Positions 61,871-64,000 of a stretch of DNA of 64,000 nt are shown here, piece after piece. Position 1 is the stretch's first letter, and the number at the start of each line of letters is the position of its first letter. A program made the position numbers and the translations under genes. The stretch lies in NCBI GenBank assembly GCA_964234715.1, contig OZ174276.1, one strand, 5' to 3'. The notes below the pieces were generated by a model. It saw only the letters and a program-made list of their open reading frames with translations. It was not told the origin of the DNA and searched no databases. Origin of the DNA: Podarcis melisellensis. Taxonomy: Eukaryota.

Positions 61871-64000
61871 AGACATTAGCTAGCTTTGTTCATGTTCGTT
61901 AAATATGCTAATCTCATGTTGCTTTTATTCTTATTCCACCTGTCTGACAAGTACTCCAAGCAGCTTTTGAAAAATTATTTTAAGAGTTAGTAGAAGTCCT
62001 CTCATCAGACTGGTATGTTGGGGAGTACACAGCCCTTAAAACAGGCAGGTAGGGAAATAATTTACAATGATTTTTCATTATAGTAAAATGGCAAGCTAGT
62101 TAGAGAAAAGACATTTGGATCTCTTGCAATAGAGTAACAACAACTTCAATTCCATTGCACAATTAAATTATTGTATTGAAAGGCTGTCTGAATACACACA
62201 AAGGCGTTTTTGTTTTTACGTTTGTAAATGTATGTTTTCAAGTGACCATTATAATCCTTGGCCTCTGATATGTGAAGCTTTGCCTTAAACCAGATGAACC
62301 AGAAGGCTCTGGCACACAGACAACAAGAGCAAAGGATGTCCAACTGGCTACCACTGTTCTTTTCTGATTCTATGAAAAAGGAAGCAGCTGGAAGAGAGAT
62401 TTTTGGTTAATTTTAGTTCTCGGTGCTGAGACTGCAAACTAGATAATATCCCAAGAGTAACTTGCAGTAGCAGGGAGGAAAAAGGTCCTTGGGGCCAGCT
62501 GTGGATACATCTTTAGAAACGATTTTAAATACAATGCAAAAGCTGGAACCGAAAATAGACTCATTTGGTACTTGTTTGGTATCATTAGAATGCCAAATGG
62601 AGGAAATAAATTATGCTTTCACAGCTGTTATAAAATGAAGGGTTTCAACAGGAGTTTCTAATCTAAGAAAAAACCAAAACAAAAATGGACATCTATCCAA
62701 GCAGTATTTGGTGTTTTTTGTCCTTCTGGGGCATCAGTGATGATCACAATGAGATGCTGAAAAACCCATTTCACCTCTTCATAGAAGATTCAGTGGGTTG
62801 GCTATATTATCTGATTGACTGTCATATGGGGAAAACATTTCCTGAAAAGTAAAATCATTATACTGGGTTAAAGTGGGAATATCTTCCACTGTAGTGCATA
62901 ATCTTGCTTGCTTGAGTTCTATACAGCTTCATTCTGTGCATGCTTACTCAGAAGTGCATTCCAGTGTGAGTTCAGTAGAGCTTAGTCGAAGTACATGTGC
63001 AGGGGCTTCTTAGAGCTATTTCTCTGCAAGGCATTTTCCAGTTTTATATCTTTTCTGTTATCACTATTTTTTATTTTCAGAGACATGTGAGGAAAATAAA
63101 GATTTTAGGTGAGAACAGAAGGGGCATTGCACTAAGCAGCCATGGAATTCTCGGATTATGATCCTGCAAACATTAAGCACCGTTAAATTCCATTGATTAA
63201 ATAGGAATGTGCTTAATCTTTTTTGTTGAAAACAATGGGATTAAAAAGAATGCAACTTTGGCTGGATTCTGCCCCTAGTCTTTACATTGGTGAAATCTCC
63301 AAATGGTGTCCAGGGTCCATTTTTCTTCTCAGGACCCAGTAAAGCAGTAATAGTGTTTCTCTCAATCTTTGGATGAGTGTGTGTATGCATTCATGAGTTG
63401 CCTCAATATACTTTCCCTTGATCATTACTTTTGGCTTGTACAAGTACAGAAAGACTAGCACATTTTGCACTTGATAGAGACCTGTGGGCTAAGGAATAGA
63501 AGTGTTGGGTAGTCAACAACTGTGGCTGCCAAGTATGTTTAGCCGAAAGGATCAATCAAAAGAAAAAGGCATTGATTATCTCTCTCTATATAATTGAATG
63601 GATAGACCAAAGAGCCCATTAACAGAATTTTGAGATACAAGAAGGTGCATTTTATCTCCTAACTAACGGCTGCTTTGGGTGCAGGGGGGGGGGTGTAACT
63701 TTGGTCTATAGTTTTCTTCCCATTGCTGTTAAGTAGAATTATCATTATTATCTGCATCTATTTAATCACTGTATCTGTAAAGCCATTAAAGTAATCCACT
63801 ATGTAGATTTGAGAGTAACTGTTTAATAGTGGCACTATGCAGTATTTTTGCAGTGCTGAGACAAGCACAATTGTTTATAATTCTTTAAGTCTCTCTCACT
63901 CTCATTGTGTTTGGCTTTCTCTGATAGATAACACATTGCCAATCTTCTTTTAAAAAAGCAAAGAGTATAACCTTGAATGTGATTAGTTTGATCAGCTGGA

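Overview
Vertebrate genomic DNA from a squamate, most likely a lacertid lizard (Sauria SINEs, BovB, squamate CR1/L2/Penelope/MITE repeats). The main gene is a complete 21-exon LCP2 (SLP-76) on the minus strand, ATG 39523 to stop 6196. I reconstructed it by hand with GT-AG boundaries and consistent phases: 1575 nt, 524 aa, with SAM domain, three DYE(S/T/P)P tyrosines, RxxK Gads motif and C-terminal SH2. Convergent with it on the plus strand is a small C5orf58 orthologue (coding exons 2781-2871 and 4247-4359) behind a CpG island, the same gene order as in human. The ~24 kb upstream of LCP2 has no recognisable coding exon. Introns and intergenic DNA are rich in TEs, several with readable target-site duplications (TSDs). 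Most notable: (1) an inverted Penelope-like pLTR pair in LCP2 intron 10 that places a core-intact minimal hammerhead ribozyme in the pre-mRNA sense strand, inside a ~160-bp hairpin formed with its mutated antisense copy; (2) an 8-nt microexon; (3) a solo LTR almost filled by an open reading frame; (4) a 1.17-kb non-coding retroposon starting with CTCF and YY1 motifs; (5) a SINE-head/degenerate-repeat chimera; (6) two SINEs stacked in one target site. TE family names come from recognition, not database searches.
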